A stretch of DNA of 64,000 nt from Blastocladiella emersonii ATCC 22665 (Eukaryota; Fungi; Blastocladiomycota), in the NCBI GenBank assembly GCA_025594325.1, contig JANHCV010000008.1, positions 1,550,001 to 1,614,000 on the forward strand. The letters are read 5' to 3'. The first letter of the stretch is position 1, and each line of letters begins with the position of its first letter. Under the pieces are notes generated by a model. That model was not told where the DNA came from and did not search any database. It saw nothing but the letters and a program-made list of their open reading frames with translations. A program made the translations under genes and the position numbers. Shown piece by piece: positions 22,928 to 35,088 of this stretch.

Positions 22928-23821
22928 ATGAGCGTCATCCAGCACAACTTCATCGTCTCGCAGGACGCCAGCGGCATGCACATCTCGCAGGACGCGGCCG
23001 TCGGCTCCTTCACGTCGGCGCACGTCGACGCCGGCACGGCCACGGGACTCGTCCAGAACAACATCATCGTGCACAACGCGGCGTCGGGCGCCGACATTGA
23101 CCAGTCGCTGCTGCTCGTCAACGTCACGGACCTGACGGGCCCCGTGCCGCACGGCTTCACGGTCCAGAACAACATCATCCAGGCCAACGACGCGTCGGGC
23201 GTCAACATCCACCAGGCCGGCGACGTCGTCAACGTCGTGTCCGCCGGCGGCCACACGGCCGTCTACGCGACGCCCGGCGTCACTACGGGAACGACGGCGG
23301 TCCAGGCGCAGACGGGCGGCGTCGGCGCGGGCGCGCAGTCGACCACCGTCCACACCACGGTCGGCGGTGCCGACCACGCCGCGGGAGCGACGACGGGCCA
23401 GTGGCAGTCGGCCGCGGGCGACGCCGGCTGGGCACAGACCCAGGTCGTCTCAAGCAACGGGCACGACGTGTCGCAGATCCACTGGACGACGGCCAACCAC
23501 CAGGTCGACGTGGTCGACACGCTGCACGCGGACCAGTGGCAGCTCGGCGCCGGCAGCTCGTCGCAGGGCCAGGTCACGTCCGACACGTTCGTGCACCAGG
23601 CCGCCGCCCCACACGACGACCTGTGGTCGGCCACGCAGTTCCAGGCCCAGGGCACGACCGCCGACCACACGGCGCAGTTCCAGTCGCAGTCGCAGTCGCA
23701 CGACGCCTTCGCGCAGGGCTGGGATCACTCGGCGACGGTCGCTGTGCCCGTCCCAACGCACGAGGCGTCGTCTGCGTGGCACGTTCCGGATTGCTCGACC
23801 GACTTCAGCGGCCTCTGCTAG
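22928..23821 (+). CDS. orphan 297-aa QNNII-repeat protein (copy 2, identical to 3610-4503)
   Basis: Identical translation; ATG at 22928, TAG at 23819-23821. Confidence 0.8.
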   Translation: MSVIQHNFIVSQDASGMHISQDAAVGSFTSAHVDAGTATGLVQNNIIVHNAASGADIDQSLLLVNVTDLTGPVPHGFTVQNNIIQANDASGVNIHQAGDVVNVVSAGGHTAVYATPGVTTGTTAVQAQTGGVGAGAQSTTVHTTVGGADHAAGATTGQWQSAAGDAGWAQTQVVSSNGHDVSQIHWTTANHQVDVVDTLHADQWQLGAGSSSQGQVTSDTFVHQAAAPHDDLWSATQFQAQGTTADHTAQFQSQSQSHDAFAQGWDHSATVAVPVPTHEASSAWHVPDCSTDFSGLC

Positions 23822-24283
23822 TCGCTCTCGCTGTCGCTCTGTCCATACCCACCCTCCCGCTTTGCAAATCATTCCATACACAGTTACACATCAATCAATC
23901 AAACTCGCCTCCCGTGTCGACAGGAACAACCTTTGGTGAACAAGCCGTCAGTCGCGACGTGCCGTGAGAGCCGGGAGCGAGAATCGCGTCCGCACACGGC
24001 GACGCATCTCTGTCTCCCACGCGGCGCGAGACATCTAACCGCCAGCCGTCTCCTCGACCGTTTCGTTTTACTCTCCCCGCAACCACTCTCTATGCAATGT
24101 ATCACACTCGCTAGGCCAAATGGATCACGCTCGCACCACGCGCAACTTGAACCTGGGCCTCGATGCTGCCGCCGCCCCAGCGCCCGTGCAAGCGCTCGCC
24201 TGAGGTCACGCACATGTTGAGCAAGTCCGGCTGCCTGTCGCCTGCCCGCGCCGCTGTGACGCGAGCCGCGCGACCCCGCTTGG

Positions 24284-25800
24284 ATGCGGCACGCCGACGC
24301 CTTTCCCTGCCCTCACTGTCGGAGCACTTCCGTGCAAGCGCATGTGCGCAGGTGCCTGTCGAGATGGCCGGCGGTGTTCTCCGCTCCCGCCGACGCGCAC
24401 GGCGTGTGGCGCCTGCTCTGCCTGCTGCTCGGCGACCCGACGCTTCACACCACGTTGCTGAGCGCTGGCATCCTGCACGCGCGCGGCTACGACGTGGACG
24501 CCGTTGCCGTCATGTTCGTGGGATCGCAGAGCACCCATGCGGCTTGCTTGTGCGCCACCTTGGCAAACGCAACCTGTCTTCATGCTCACGCCTTCCTCGC
24601 TGGCCGCCGCGCGTCATGCATGGAGCCCGCTGCCGACCAATGCGTGCTCGGCGGGTACCGCGTCTCGAACGCGCGTGATCCCGCGATACGCGTCGTCGTG
24701 ACGGCGCTCGAGAACGCCGAAGCGCATCGTTGTGGCAACGCCGCTAGCTTCGGCGACCGCACCTGCGACGTGGTCCGGTGCACGTTCATCCAGCGCACGG
24801 CGTTCGACACGGACGCCGCCTCAATCCACGTATTCCACAGCCCTTTGGCGATGACGACCCGGTCGCTGCCTGCGTCGTGCTGGGCGCATCCGCTTGGCCG
24901 CGACAACCCGCCTGTCCCCTCGCATCGCCCTCGCGACCGCTGCCGCCAGCCGCTGCGACCGCGTCAGCTCTCTCGCAACGGCGCCCGCGCTTGCGCCTGC
25001 TTTCAAACTTGCTGCACGCTGGCGAGGGACGGGACCCGCATCATGCCCGCCGAGATATACGCCGACCGCGCGAACGCGCTCCTCGCCGCGCACGACTGCG
25101 AGCTCGGTACCGTGATGCTCGAGCTTGTCGTGCAAGTGCGGCGGCAGCATGATTTGGATCGATAGGCAGCTCCACCACGTCATGGTGGGCGAGGTCGGCG
25201 CGGCGTCTGGAACCCGAACAGGCACGCGGCGCGCCGCGGCAGCATCCCCGTCGTCCACGACAAGAAATTCAGGGACATGTGGCGGGTTGTTACCCGCGGC
25301 CGTCCGCATGTGGCTCGAGCAGCGCTGTACTGCCGCGTGTGCTACACCGAGTCCCTGACCAGCGACACAACGCCGCTGGCGGCCGTGACGTGCTTGACCA
25401 ATGCCACCTGCTTCAAAGTCTTCAACGGCCCAGCCACTCGTTCACGGCCGACCTAATTGCGTGCGCTGCGGCAGTCGCCACGCCTGGCGACACGCCCGAT
25501 CTGGTCCCGCACCGCGACTGCATCATAGCCGTGCCACCAGGGCCGCTGCGATCGTCGTTGGCTCGGCCGCCGGCTAGGCCGTGATCAACCGCGCGACGCG
25601 CGTCAGAGGCATCCGTTACATCGTCAACCTGGGCGCCGTGTTTGCTGTCGAGCTCGCAGCGCTTGGGCGCGCTCATCGGGTGCCCAGGTCCCGGCGTCCT
25701 CTATGCCTTCTCATTGACCTCGGCCGCTTCAAAGAGTCGTGCCCGACGCCGTGCAAGGGCGCGCTCAACGCGGTGAGCGTGATGTTCGCGGTGACGCGCG
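24284..25800 (+). pseudogene. degenerate Cys/His-rich coding relic with a SWIM-like CxC..CxH motif
   Basis: ACLCATLANATCLHAHAF, with further Cys clusters (YCRVCYTE, CPTPC) in shifting frames. Confidence 0.25.
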
Positions 25801-27658
25801 TGCGCGAGTGGGACTGGAATAGGAGCAATTCATTTGGATTTCTTCATCCTCGCGCTGCGAAGCTCTCAATACGACAGCGAATCGTCATACAGCTTGTTAC
25901 CAAACTTATACGTCTCAATGGTTGCGCCCTGCACCTGAATGGACCGTAGGTACACCTGAGCGACCTGTCCCAGAGTCGTTGACGACGTCCAGGTTGCATC
26001 CGCCTGGCCATCACCTGGTCCATCATCCCACAGATCGGTGAATTCGATTTCCAAGTCTTCCAGTTCCTGCGCGAAACTGGGTTATTCGCTGGTGATGCGG
26101 AGCAACCTCGCTCGCCAACCTCTTCGACGCGGCTTTGTGATAAATCTTGGACCCCCAAAAATGTGCAGTCCTCCAAATACTCTTGAGCGCGTCCCGCCGC
26201 CCGGTCCAAGTCGCTGGATGCAAACTCAAGTTGAGAAGCCGTGATCCTGAGATTGTCGCGAATACCTTGAGCAACCAAGTCTGCATAGAAAGCGCCATTT
26301 GAGTCGGCTGCTATCAAAAAGATGCCGGAATCGCGGGAATCTGGCGTCTTGGTAGCGGGATCGCCAATGTCCAGATATATAAGAGACGTTGGAGGTACGT
26401 GGTAACGCGGGACTGTTCGGGACACGTTCCAACGTCCAAGCGGGGCAGAGCAGAGCGAGGCACTCGCAGATTGCTGGAGCATGGCGGTCACTTTGCGAGT
26501 CGTGATAGCCATTGAGCTGCATGGATGCCGTCATGTTGGCGGAGCTTCAAAGTCCTTTCACAGAGAGGAGCCGGATTCGTAGGCGAGACTTCGCTTCTGC
26601 AGGCGCGGCGGCCAGAAATAAAGTGGCCGGCCACCTGACAAGAGCTGACCTGTTGTCAAGCTTCCTTCAATATATGTATGCATGCACCGAGGCATGCGCA
26701 TGAGCGCGTGGTGCGGATGCAGCATGACAGCCGCATGCCCGACCATGCCTTTTGCGCGGTAACAGTCTAGCACATCAAGCATTTGACAAAGTGCAGCAAG
26801 TTCAAGTTGCGACAAGTTGCATGCGCTAGCGTTGTGTTGATCGTGGCGAAGAACGAGCGAGGCTGACAGCTGCGGCGGGGCCTCCGCCTGGGCCTGCCCG
26901 TGTCTCGCACCGGTCACATGATTTCCAAACGCGTCGCTTCTTGTCTCGCACGAACCTGAAGGGCAGGGTTGGCAGTGATTTTCGGGTCGATTGTATGCAT
27001 TTATCAACAACACCTTTCACCAAGCAGTGCGCTCGTGTCCCTCCAACCGAATCGGAACGAATACCGCTGCCAGGTTGAGTCGTCAGGTTGCGAGCTTGTG
27101 TACCGCGCCAGTGGGTCGCCACCGGCCCACCTGTCTCCCAACGTTACAGCATCGCCTTGGAACTGTCTCCCACAGGACCCCGTCATATCTCGGAGCTGAT
27201 CCAGTTCCTTCCGCCGCTCCCTCTGTTACACCTCTTGATGAATGCATCGAATGGAGATCCAAAACAACTCGCAACGGCGCAGCGGCAGCGCCATAGACTG
27301 GGATTCTGAGATCCCTGTGATGAGGGTATTTTGTCAACCCGCTCCGCGACAGCGGCGCCAGTCGTTTTGGCTCACCCGAAGTGTCACAAAGTGCAAAATC
27401 TACCTCGGACCCGAGGCTCGCAAGGCTGCACGAGAGGCTAAACGGGTTGCTCGCCGCGAGGAGGAGGCCGCGAAAAATGCTGCCCGGCAGGCCCGCATTG
27501 TCCCGCGCCGTCCTCCGCCTACGATGCCCACGGGTTCGTATTGCGTTCAACACGCGTCCCAGCCGAGTCGTGGGTGGGAGCTGCCTAGTAACTGATACTT
27601 GCTTCTCATCTTGCGACAGGAATTGGCGAGGACGGCCTGACCGACAAGTTCACAAAGG

Positions 27659-28693
27659 GTGTGCGGGAGTCCACCATCGCTCTCCCCGCCCTTCCTCACT
27701 CACGCGTTGCATGTAGCGTGGATGGACCATCCGTACCCGATGCCGGCCGAGCTCATCCTGGGCAACTGGACCGCCTCTTCCATCAAGGTGCTCGCAGTCC
27801 ACGAGCTCTGGAACATGAAAGTCCACAGAACCAACCAAAAGGCGCTCCAGCTCGCGAGGTCGGGCTGCATCGCCATCGTGTCGCTCCACGCCGTCGAGTA
27901 CGCCGACGGCGCGGCGGTGCACGCCGCGTGCTCCATGTGCCTCAACGTGTCTCGCGTGGACTACGGCGCGCGGTACACTGCGCCGCGGCCGCAGGAGCTG
28001 TTCGGGTTGCTCGCGCCGTGTAAGCACGCGTTGGCGGCGGCCATCAAGCTCGCGGACCAGCTTCACGCGGATCCGACCTCAGCGATGCACGTCCCGACGT
28101 GCGCGAACCTCGCGCCGTACTTTGGATCGCCCACGCCGCTTCCGACCCCGCCGCACCTGTTTACAGAAACGATCCAGCGCGGCAACGCGACCCTCGACCT
28201 TTTCATTGTGCTTTCAGACGCCCACAGGTTCCTCCCCTTCGCGTGCGTCCCGCGACGCATGCAGGATCCGCCTCGGCTTCGGTGTCTGACTTGTGAGCTC
28301 CACGCAGCCTACTTTTACCAGTGCCCGCACTTCAAGCGCACCTGCCGTGAGCTCGCGACGCTCCCGCCGTCGGTGCTCCCGGCCGAGGATGTGCGGGAGC
28401 TGCAGAAGATGGTTGATGCGGCGAACATAGAAGCTGCAGCAGCTGCAGCGCGTCAAGATCAGCAGCACCGCGAATCCTTGGCGAGCCGAGGTCTGCCCGC
28501 AACGGAGGTTCCGGGGCACTGTGCCGGCGCTTCTGAATCCGCGACTCATGCTCCATCGGCCACTTTTGGACAGGTCGTGCCTGACAGTCGCATGGTCTCT
28601 CAACAGGACTCTCACCTTGGTGCTCTCACGATCTTGTCTACAGCGCCCGTGGCCGCGGCTACCAGCACGCACGTCCTCGTCCCGCGCGCTTAA
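27659..28693 (+). CDS. Cys/His-rich hypothetical protein with a SWIM-like motif (possible transposon relic)
   Basis: CSMC....PCKHALAA and CLTCELHAAYFYQCPH motifs; start uncertain. Confidence 0.35.
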   Translation: MCGSPPSLSPPFLTHALHVAWMDHPYPMPAELILGNWTASSIKVLAVHELWNMKVHRTNQKALQLARSGCIAIVSLHAVEYADGAAVHAACSMCLNVSRVDYGARYTAPRPQELFGLLAPCKHALAAAIKLADQLHADPTSAMHVPTCANLAPYFGSPTPLPTPPHLFTETIQRGNATLDLFIVLSDAHRFLPFACVPRRMQDPPRLRCLTCELHAAYFYQCPHFKRTCRELATLPPSVLPAEDVRELQKMVDAANIEAAAAAARQDQQHRESLASRGLPATEVPGHCAGASESATHAPSATFGQVVPDSRMVSQQDSHLGALTILSTAPVAAATSTHVLVPRA

Positions 28694-29299
28694 GATCTGG
28701 GCCCGATGCACGGCCCCGCACCTTTCATCGCGCGTCACGCACACAACTACACGCGCCCACACCCGTACCCTCGCAATCCCCACGTTGTTGACGCGTTCAA
28801 GCGTGATCTGGCCCATCGCCATCACGCGGCCGCCGCCGCTCAGTCGCTCCAGTTCACGGCCACGACCAGCTACGCTCTCCCGCCACCCGTACCCCCGTAC
28901 CAGCGATTGCGGACACTCTCCCGACCTGGTTCCAGCACGGGTCGACGCTTGCGCCCATCTCGCCGCAGCGGGTCGCAGTCAACCCGCTTCTTGCGCCGAT
29001 CGCACACATGCTCTCATATCAGTGGCGCGATGAGCTGCCGGTGCATCCCCAGCTGGCGGGCGAGGGCAAGGGGGTCCGGTATGGGTATGGCGCGTCGCCA
29101 GGGCTCTTGAGCGGTGTGGGTGGGACGCGCCGGCCGATTGGGCCGAGAGAATGAATGAGTTCCGTATCCATTCTCGTTTTTTTTTCCATGATGGATGGGT
29201 CGATGATCGAACATTCACTATGCCGCGACCCATCTATGAACTCGGGGAGAGCCAACAACCCAAGCAGCACACGCGGACCCAGCCATCAGTAAGTCATCT

Positions 29300-30828
29300 T
29301 CACGCCGTCGCCGCTCCGACAAACACAACCCCGACCCCTGCCCCAACGACAAGCCCGAGCTGCGTCGCGAGCGTCATAACCCGGCCAACCACGACGCGAT
29401 CCTCGGGCAAGATCGTCCGCCCGTTGATCGTCACGTTATTCGCGCACTTGGCCGCGAGCGAGGCAACCATCCCCGAAGTGGCCGCAAGCACGGCGACGAG
29501 CAAAAGGACCGTGGCGGGCGGCGCGCCGGTCCATCTCGGAACGATCGAGCTCTTGCAATCGGGCGCGATGAGCGGGAGCGCGAGGAACAGCGGCACGAAA
29601 GCAACCCGGGCGAGCGACACTGCGACCCGGGCGCGTGCGTGGTACTTGGATCCATCATCAGCGATCACGGGCGCGATGCAAGCGAGAAGCGCCGCAAGCG
29701 CGCGGCCCAGGACGTCGCCGAGGTTGAACACGAGGAACACGGCAGCGGTGAAGACCGGCTGCGAGATGAGCGTGTCCGACGTGGACCGCAGCAGCGACGC
29801 GAAGCCGGGGAACAGCGCGAGCGTGACCGCCACGTTCGCGACCACGGTCAACGCGTACGGCATGATGGCGCGAAGCAGGGCGTTACGGCGGGCGGCAGGG
29901 TCGATTTCGAGGACCATGCGGTCGACGGCGTTGGGACCCTTGATCAGGGAAAGGTAATGGGCAAGGTCCGCGTGCATGAGCAGCGGCGAAGTTTCGTCGT
30001 TGACTTCGGCTTCGTCCGTGGGTCCGTCGAGACTGCCGAGTGACTTGAAGATGATGGGCGAGTAGAGCAAGCGGCATACAAGGACGACGAGTAGAGCCGA
30101 GAAAAAGAACAAGCTGGCAGCAAGCTTGGGCTCGACGCGGGCGAGCTGGAGCGCGAGCTGGACCAGGCAGACGACGACGCCCGAACCGGCCTGGCCGACG
30201 AGGAGCTAGCGGAACGCGGGCGAGTGAGCTTCGCGTCGGGCGCGCAGTGACACAAAGGAGACGGCACCATGTTTGTGTAGGCCGTGCCCCTGACGCGGCT
30301 CGCCAGCGCAAACAGGTCGTTCTGGACGAACACACTCGCGCCGCCGCAAACTGCAACTGCGACGAGAACCACGCCAAACACGAGTACCGGGCTGTCGCCG
30401 CCCAGGAGCCCGGCCGCAATGGTGTGCAGGAGCACGAACACGGCCGCGATGACAGCGAAAGAGCGCAGAGCGAGTTGGCGACTGGCTTGCGCGACGGCGG
30501 GCGCGAGCGAAACAACGGTGGCGACGAGGCTGACGACCAGGAAAGTCAAGGCGAACCAGGTCTCGAACGAGTTGACGAAACGCGAGCCGTCGAGTTTGGC
30601 GCGAAAGAAGGTGGGGGCCGAAACAAGAGCGTGCCACGGGAGCATCGTGCCGATGCCCTGCAGCAGGAAGACGACGGATAGAGCGGCCGTAGCGGAGGGT
30701 GCGGTCGGCACGCGTCGGCGGGTAGGCGGCGCGCGGTCGTGCGGGTGCCGCTCAGCGGCGACACTCGATCTCGAGGACGCGCCGGCGGTCGGTGCATTGG
30801 TTGCATGTGGTGGAAACGAGTTCTTCAT
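29300..30828 (-). CDS. equilibrative nucleoside transporter (ENT/SLC29 family), 1 intron (30206-30267)
   Basis: FLLQGIGTMLPWHAL..FF TM1 motif, LVGQAGSG, FNLGDVLGR and a multi-TM hydrophobic pattern; the GT-AG intron restores frame. Confidence 0.88.
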
Positions 30829-31881
30829 GGCTGGCTCACGGGTCAGCCGGAGCCGAGAGCGGTCGCTGATCGGCGTTCTCAAGCCGAGCGACGTTCCGCC
30901 TTGCTGTCCACATCGTGGCCAAGTCCCCCTGTCGTGGTTTGCGTCGGTCACATGGTTTCTCGACGCGTCGATTGTCGCATGTTTTCGAGCGGCCGTCCGA
31001 CGAAACAGCGGTTCGGGGTCGTCGTGGGCCGAGAATCCCCGCGAACATTGCCGTCAGCGTCAAACGCCACCCACCACCTGCACGCGGCGCGCATACGGTC
31101 CGAGTGCGCCGCGTGGTACGCGGGACGTCACCGAGTTCGATGGGAACGGACGCGTCGACGGCATACCGGACGACACGGGCCGAAGCGGGGTCCACGGCAG
31201 GATGAGCCGGTGGCAGCGCATGGCGCTCGCCGTCCAAGCAAGCTGCCGGGCAGCAGCTGCCCGCGAAGGAGGGCGCGAAGAGTCGCGAAACGCGGAGCGA
31301 CGACGCTTCTGCGCCCAGTCCCGGCGGAGCAGAAGCCAGACCATGGGCAAGGACGGGGCTCGCGATGGGCTGGGTCGGGGTCGAGGGTCCAGCATTAGTC
31401 GCAGCAGCCTTGCCGACGTCCAACGCCCGCCGTCCGCGCGGCGGAGCTGGGGCCGGGGCCGGGGCCGAAACGGAAGAAGGCATGAAAGCAAGAAGTAGTC
31501 ACGTTGCAGCAAGTCGATCTACTCCATTCGATGCATGAGCGCGAGGGATTGGGTTGAGGGAGAGTGGGGGTGCAGCCGCCGCCGTTGACGCGAAGCGCGA
31601 CGCGACGCGGCGGCCACGCGCCAGCAGTACGAACCAACCCCCTGGCGCCATGAGCATGGCGGTCGTTCAGTTGTGCGCAGCGAAGGCGAATGCGACGGCG
31701 TGAGTGGTCGGCGGCGAGCCCGCGCTGGACCATGCCGCCGCCGCCGTAGTCGGTGGCCATGACCAGCTCGCGGCCGCGCGCGACCCCTCTCACTCGACGC
31801 GTTGGCCCTCCTCCTCCCCTCTCAAACAAATCACCGCGTTGCAAACAAACCGAATCCTATCCACGACTACTCGACCATAAC

Positions 31882-33868
31882 CTACACCGTCCCCGCCGCC
31901 TTGCGCACCACCTCGGCCGCGGCGCCCGCGACCTTGGCAACCGCGTTCACGCGCCGCAGCACATCACTGAACCGCGCGCGCTCCGCGTCGGTCCCGTCAT
32001 TCGTCAGCACCATCTTGGCAAGCTCGATCTCGCCGTCGGCCCACTCGAGGTCCGCATCCACCATCTCCGCGACCGCACGGACCACCTTCGCGCCAATCAC
32101 CGTCCCGGGCTCGCGCGCGAGCTCGTCGACACGCTGGCGGTGCATACCGAGCGCGGCCGCGTTGGTCTTGAGCTCGGCGTTCGCACTCGAGAGCGTGCCC
32201 GCGAGGGCGGCGACGCTGGCCTCGTCGTCCTGCGAAACCGCGGCGCGCGCGGTACGCACCCGCGCAAGGATCCGGGCGCGCGAGGAGTGCAGCTCGGCGA
32301 GGCGGCGGAGCGGGGTGTCGCGTCTGACGAGCGTGCAGTCGAGCGACCCCAAAACGCGGATGAGGAAGGTCAAGAGGACGACGACCGACGCAACGGCGAG
32401 GGGTTTCTGCAGCTTGCGCAGCGGCGACAGCGAGTACATGACGGCGACGTTGGTCCAGTGTTCGGGGAGGACGGTGCGCGCGCGGAGGTGGACCGTCGGG
32501 CGGCCGGTCGTGTCGAGGTAGTAGTAGGTGACGCCCGAGGTGTCGATGGCGAGCGGGGTGCCCGCGGCGTTCGGGGACGTGTGCTCCACGGAGATCTCGG
32601 CGGCGCCCTCGGGCAGGACCAGTTTCACGTGCAGGTCGTCAATGGCGACGCCCGGGATCCCGTCGACGAGCGGGACGGTCAGGCGGTACTGCGAGGCGCC
32701 GACTTGCGCCAAAAACGCGGCGCCGTCGACGGCGTACCCGTGGAACCAGTTGTACACCCACCCGCCGACGAGCGGGTACCGCGGCTGGATCTCGAGCACC
32801 TTGCGGTTGCCCTGGCTCGCCAACCGCGACGTCGACACGTTCCCGATCTCGTCGCGGAAATACACCTCGCTCGCCGATTTGGGCAGCGGGACGGGGAGCG
32901 ACATGACGGCGTTGATCTTGTGGAGCTGGGTCGCGTACGCCTGCATGTGGTCGAGGCGCGAAAAGTGGCCTTTCAGAGAAGCGCCGTTGTGGGCGAGGTG
33001 CACGTGCTCCTCGACTTCGAGGGACGACCCGAAGTTGCGCACCCACACGTCCCGGCGCCACGAGCGCGCGACCAGGCCGACCTTGGGCGCGTCAAAGTGC
33101 ACGCGCAGAGGGTGGTTGGCGGCGGAAGAGCCGGGGAGCGGGCCGTAGGTGATGGTGGAACCGCGGAGGGTCACGGGGGACACGGTCTGCGAGTACGACT
33201 CGGGCGCGGCGGACGTCGGCAGTCTAGGGGTGAGGGGAGTGAGCGGAGGACCGAGTAGTAGAAAAAAAAGAAAGGGTCACGCACCGGACCTCGACCTTGA
33301 GCGTCTCCGTGTCGTAGGGCGACGCGAGAGCAAGCTGACCGTCGAAGAGGAGGCGCTGGCGGTCGCCCTGGGCGAGGGCGCGCGGGAGCGGGGCCGTGTC
33401 GTCGAGGAAGGCCGAGTCGATGCGCACGATCGCCGCGTCGCCCTTGCCGAGCGGCGCGGGCAGGGCGAAGGTGAAGTGGGTCGTGGCGCCACTGTCACGA
33501 CGAGTCAGCAGTGCGAGCAGATCGACGCAGAGTGTGGGAACGTACCCAGTCATAGACTTGCTCACAAGCTTGAGCACCTCGCCGCCCTTCTTCTCCGACC
33601 CGCCGCCCAGCACCTCGTGGGTGACGGCGAGATGCGTGAGGCGGGGCGCGCGGTCGCGCGGGATCTCGACCGTGTACGTGTCCTCGGGCGTGTCGTCGAG
33701 GTTGCGGATCGCAGCCGTGGCGGCCTCGCGCACGATCCGCGAGCCCTGCGACGACAGGTCGACGGTGCGGACCACGGTGGTGTGCACGAGCTTGGCGTCG
33801 GCGGCAGTGGCGGCGAGCAGCAGGGCGGCGGCGGAGGCCAGCAGCACCAGGAGGCTGCGCCGGTGCAT
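31882..33868 (-). CDS. OST1: oligosaccharyltransferase subunit ribophorin I, 2 introns
   Basis: Signal peptide, then ITYGP, LRVHFD, VEEHVHLAHNGASLKGHFSRLD, VYFRDEIGNVSTS, LEIQPRYPLVGGW, YYYLDTTGRP and LQKPL + TM. Introns at 33492-33545 and about 33220-33284. Confidence 0.93.
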
Positions 33869-35088
33869 GGTGCCTGTGCGATTCGTGGTGGCGGTGTGTG
33901 CCTCTCACTGAAAGGGAGAGCGGGCGAAGGGAAAAGCGGTGGCGAAGAAAGAGAGCGACGCGCCGTCGCCCACTCCCGCGTGCTCTGCCTGCCACGCCCA
34001 TCACCACGCGCCCTGTTCGCGAATACCCTTCCCCCGCACGCGAATACCACCCCACCGCGGCCGAATAGCGGCCCCAGGTCCCAGGACAAACGTGCGCCGG
34101 TGCATCCAGTGGCGGCGCCTCGCCAACGGGCGCGTCCCTGGAGGGCGGAGCCAGGCGGCCTGGACCACGGGGGCGGCCGGTCAGGCGTGATGGGCAGGGC
34201 AGCACGTTTTTTGTGAGTGGGGAGGGGGGTTCCCTCAGGGTGGAGGTGGAGCTGCGTCGCGCGATGGACGCCACGAAAACGTGTTCGCGGCCACTCACTC
34301 CGACCCCACACTGCAACGCTGCGCGCAGTCCGAACGGGAAGGCGAGAGAGAGAGAGAATTCGCACAGAACGTGCAGGATGGGCGCCGCCAGCGTGGGCCC
34401 GCGATTTAATAAAAATTTATTACGAGGGGAGGGCAACTACGCCGAGGGTGGCGGACCTAAATTTATTCGGCAGGGCAGGGCAAAGGGAGAGAGGGCAAGC
34501 CGCGCCCCTTTGACGGCGACCACAGAAGAACGTGTCTGGGCCGGCGCGCACTCGGCTCCCCCGCACTCGCCCGCTCTCCTCTCCTCCCTCCCCTCCCTTG
34601 GCGGACTCGGATACCCGCACCCGGCACCTACTGCAACGTATTGCTACGCATCACCGCCTCTCGCTCCGTCGTCGGCCGCCCTGCCGCCGCCCGCCCCGCT
34701 CTGCTGTCGTGCCCGCCCCTGAGCTCTCGCTGCGCGCGCGCGTTCGTGCCTGCCCATCAACACCAACTGCACCGCGAGCGGCCCTGCTGGCTCCATTCCG
34801 CACGCGCCCTGCCCGCGGTTCATCTCGCCGTGTGCCGCCAATTCGCGGCATCGCCAGCCCATCGGCGCGAAAACGTGCTGCCCGCCTCCTCGTCCCCATC
34901 GACGGACGGACGGGGTCTGATTGCCCGGCCTTCTACGCGGAACCTTCCACCGACGCCGACCCCGCCCTGCTCGCCCTCGGCGCGACGCGCCCCGCCTCGC
35001 TCTCCACGGTCTCGGTTGGTTGGGGGCGCCGCCACGCTCTCCCTCTCCCCCGCGCTCTTCGTCGTAACGCATCACCGACGTCGTCAAG

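Larger units (their letters stand above)
22059..23842. repeat. right arm of the long inverted repeat (partner 3589-5372)
   Basis: Same matches as the left arm; weaker similarity continues to about 23880/3545. Confidence 0.95.

Noticed and set aside
31753-33258. 501-aa + strand ORF (and similar long ORFs at 37578-38687, 46621-47376, 52962-53951, 10451-11005)
   Set aside because: Antisense or alternative-frame shadows of real high-GC3 genes, with Arg/Ala/Gly-biased composition and no motifs.
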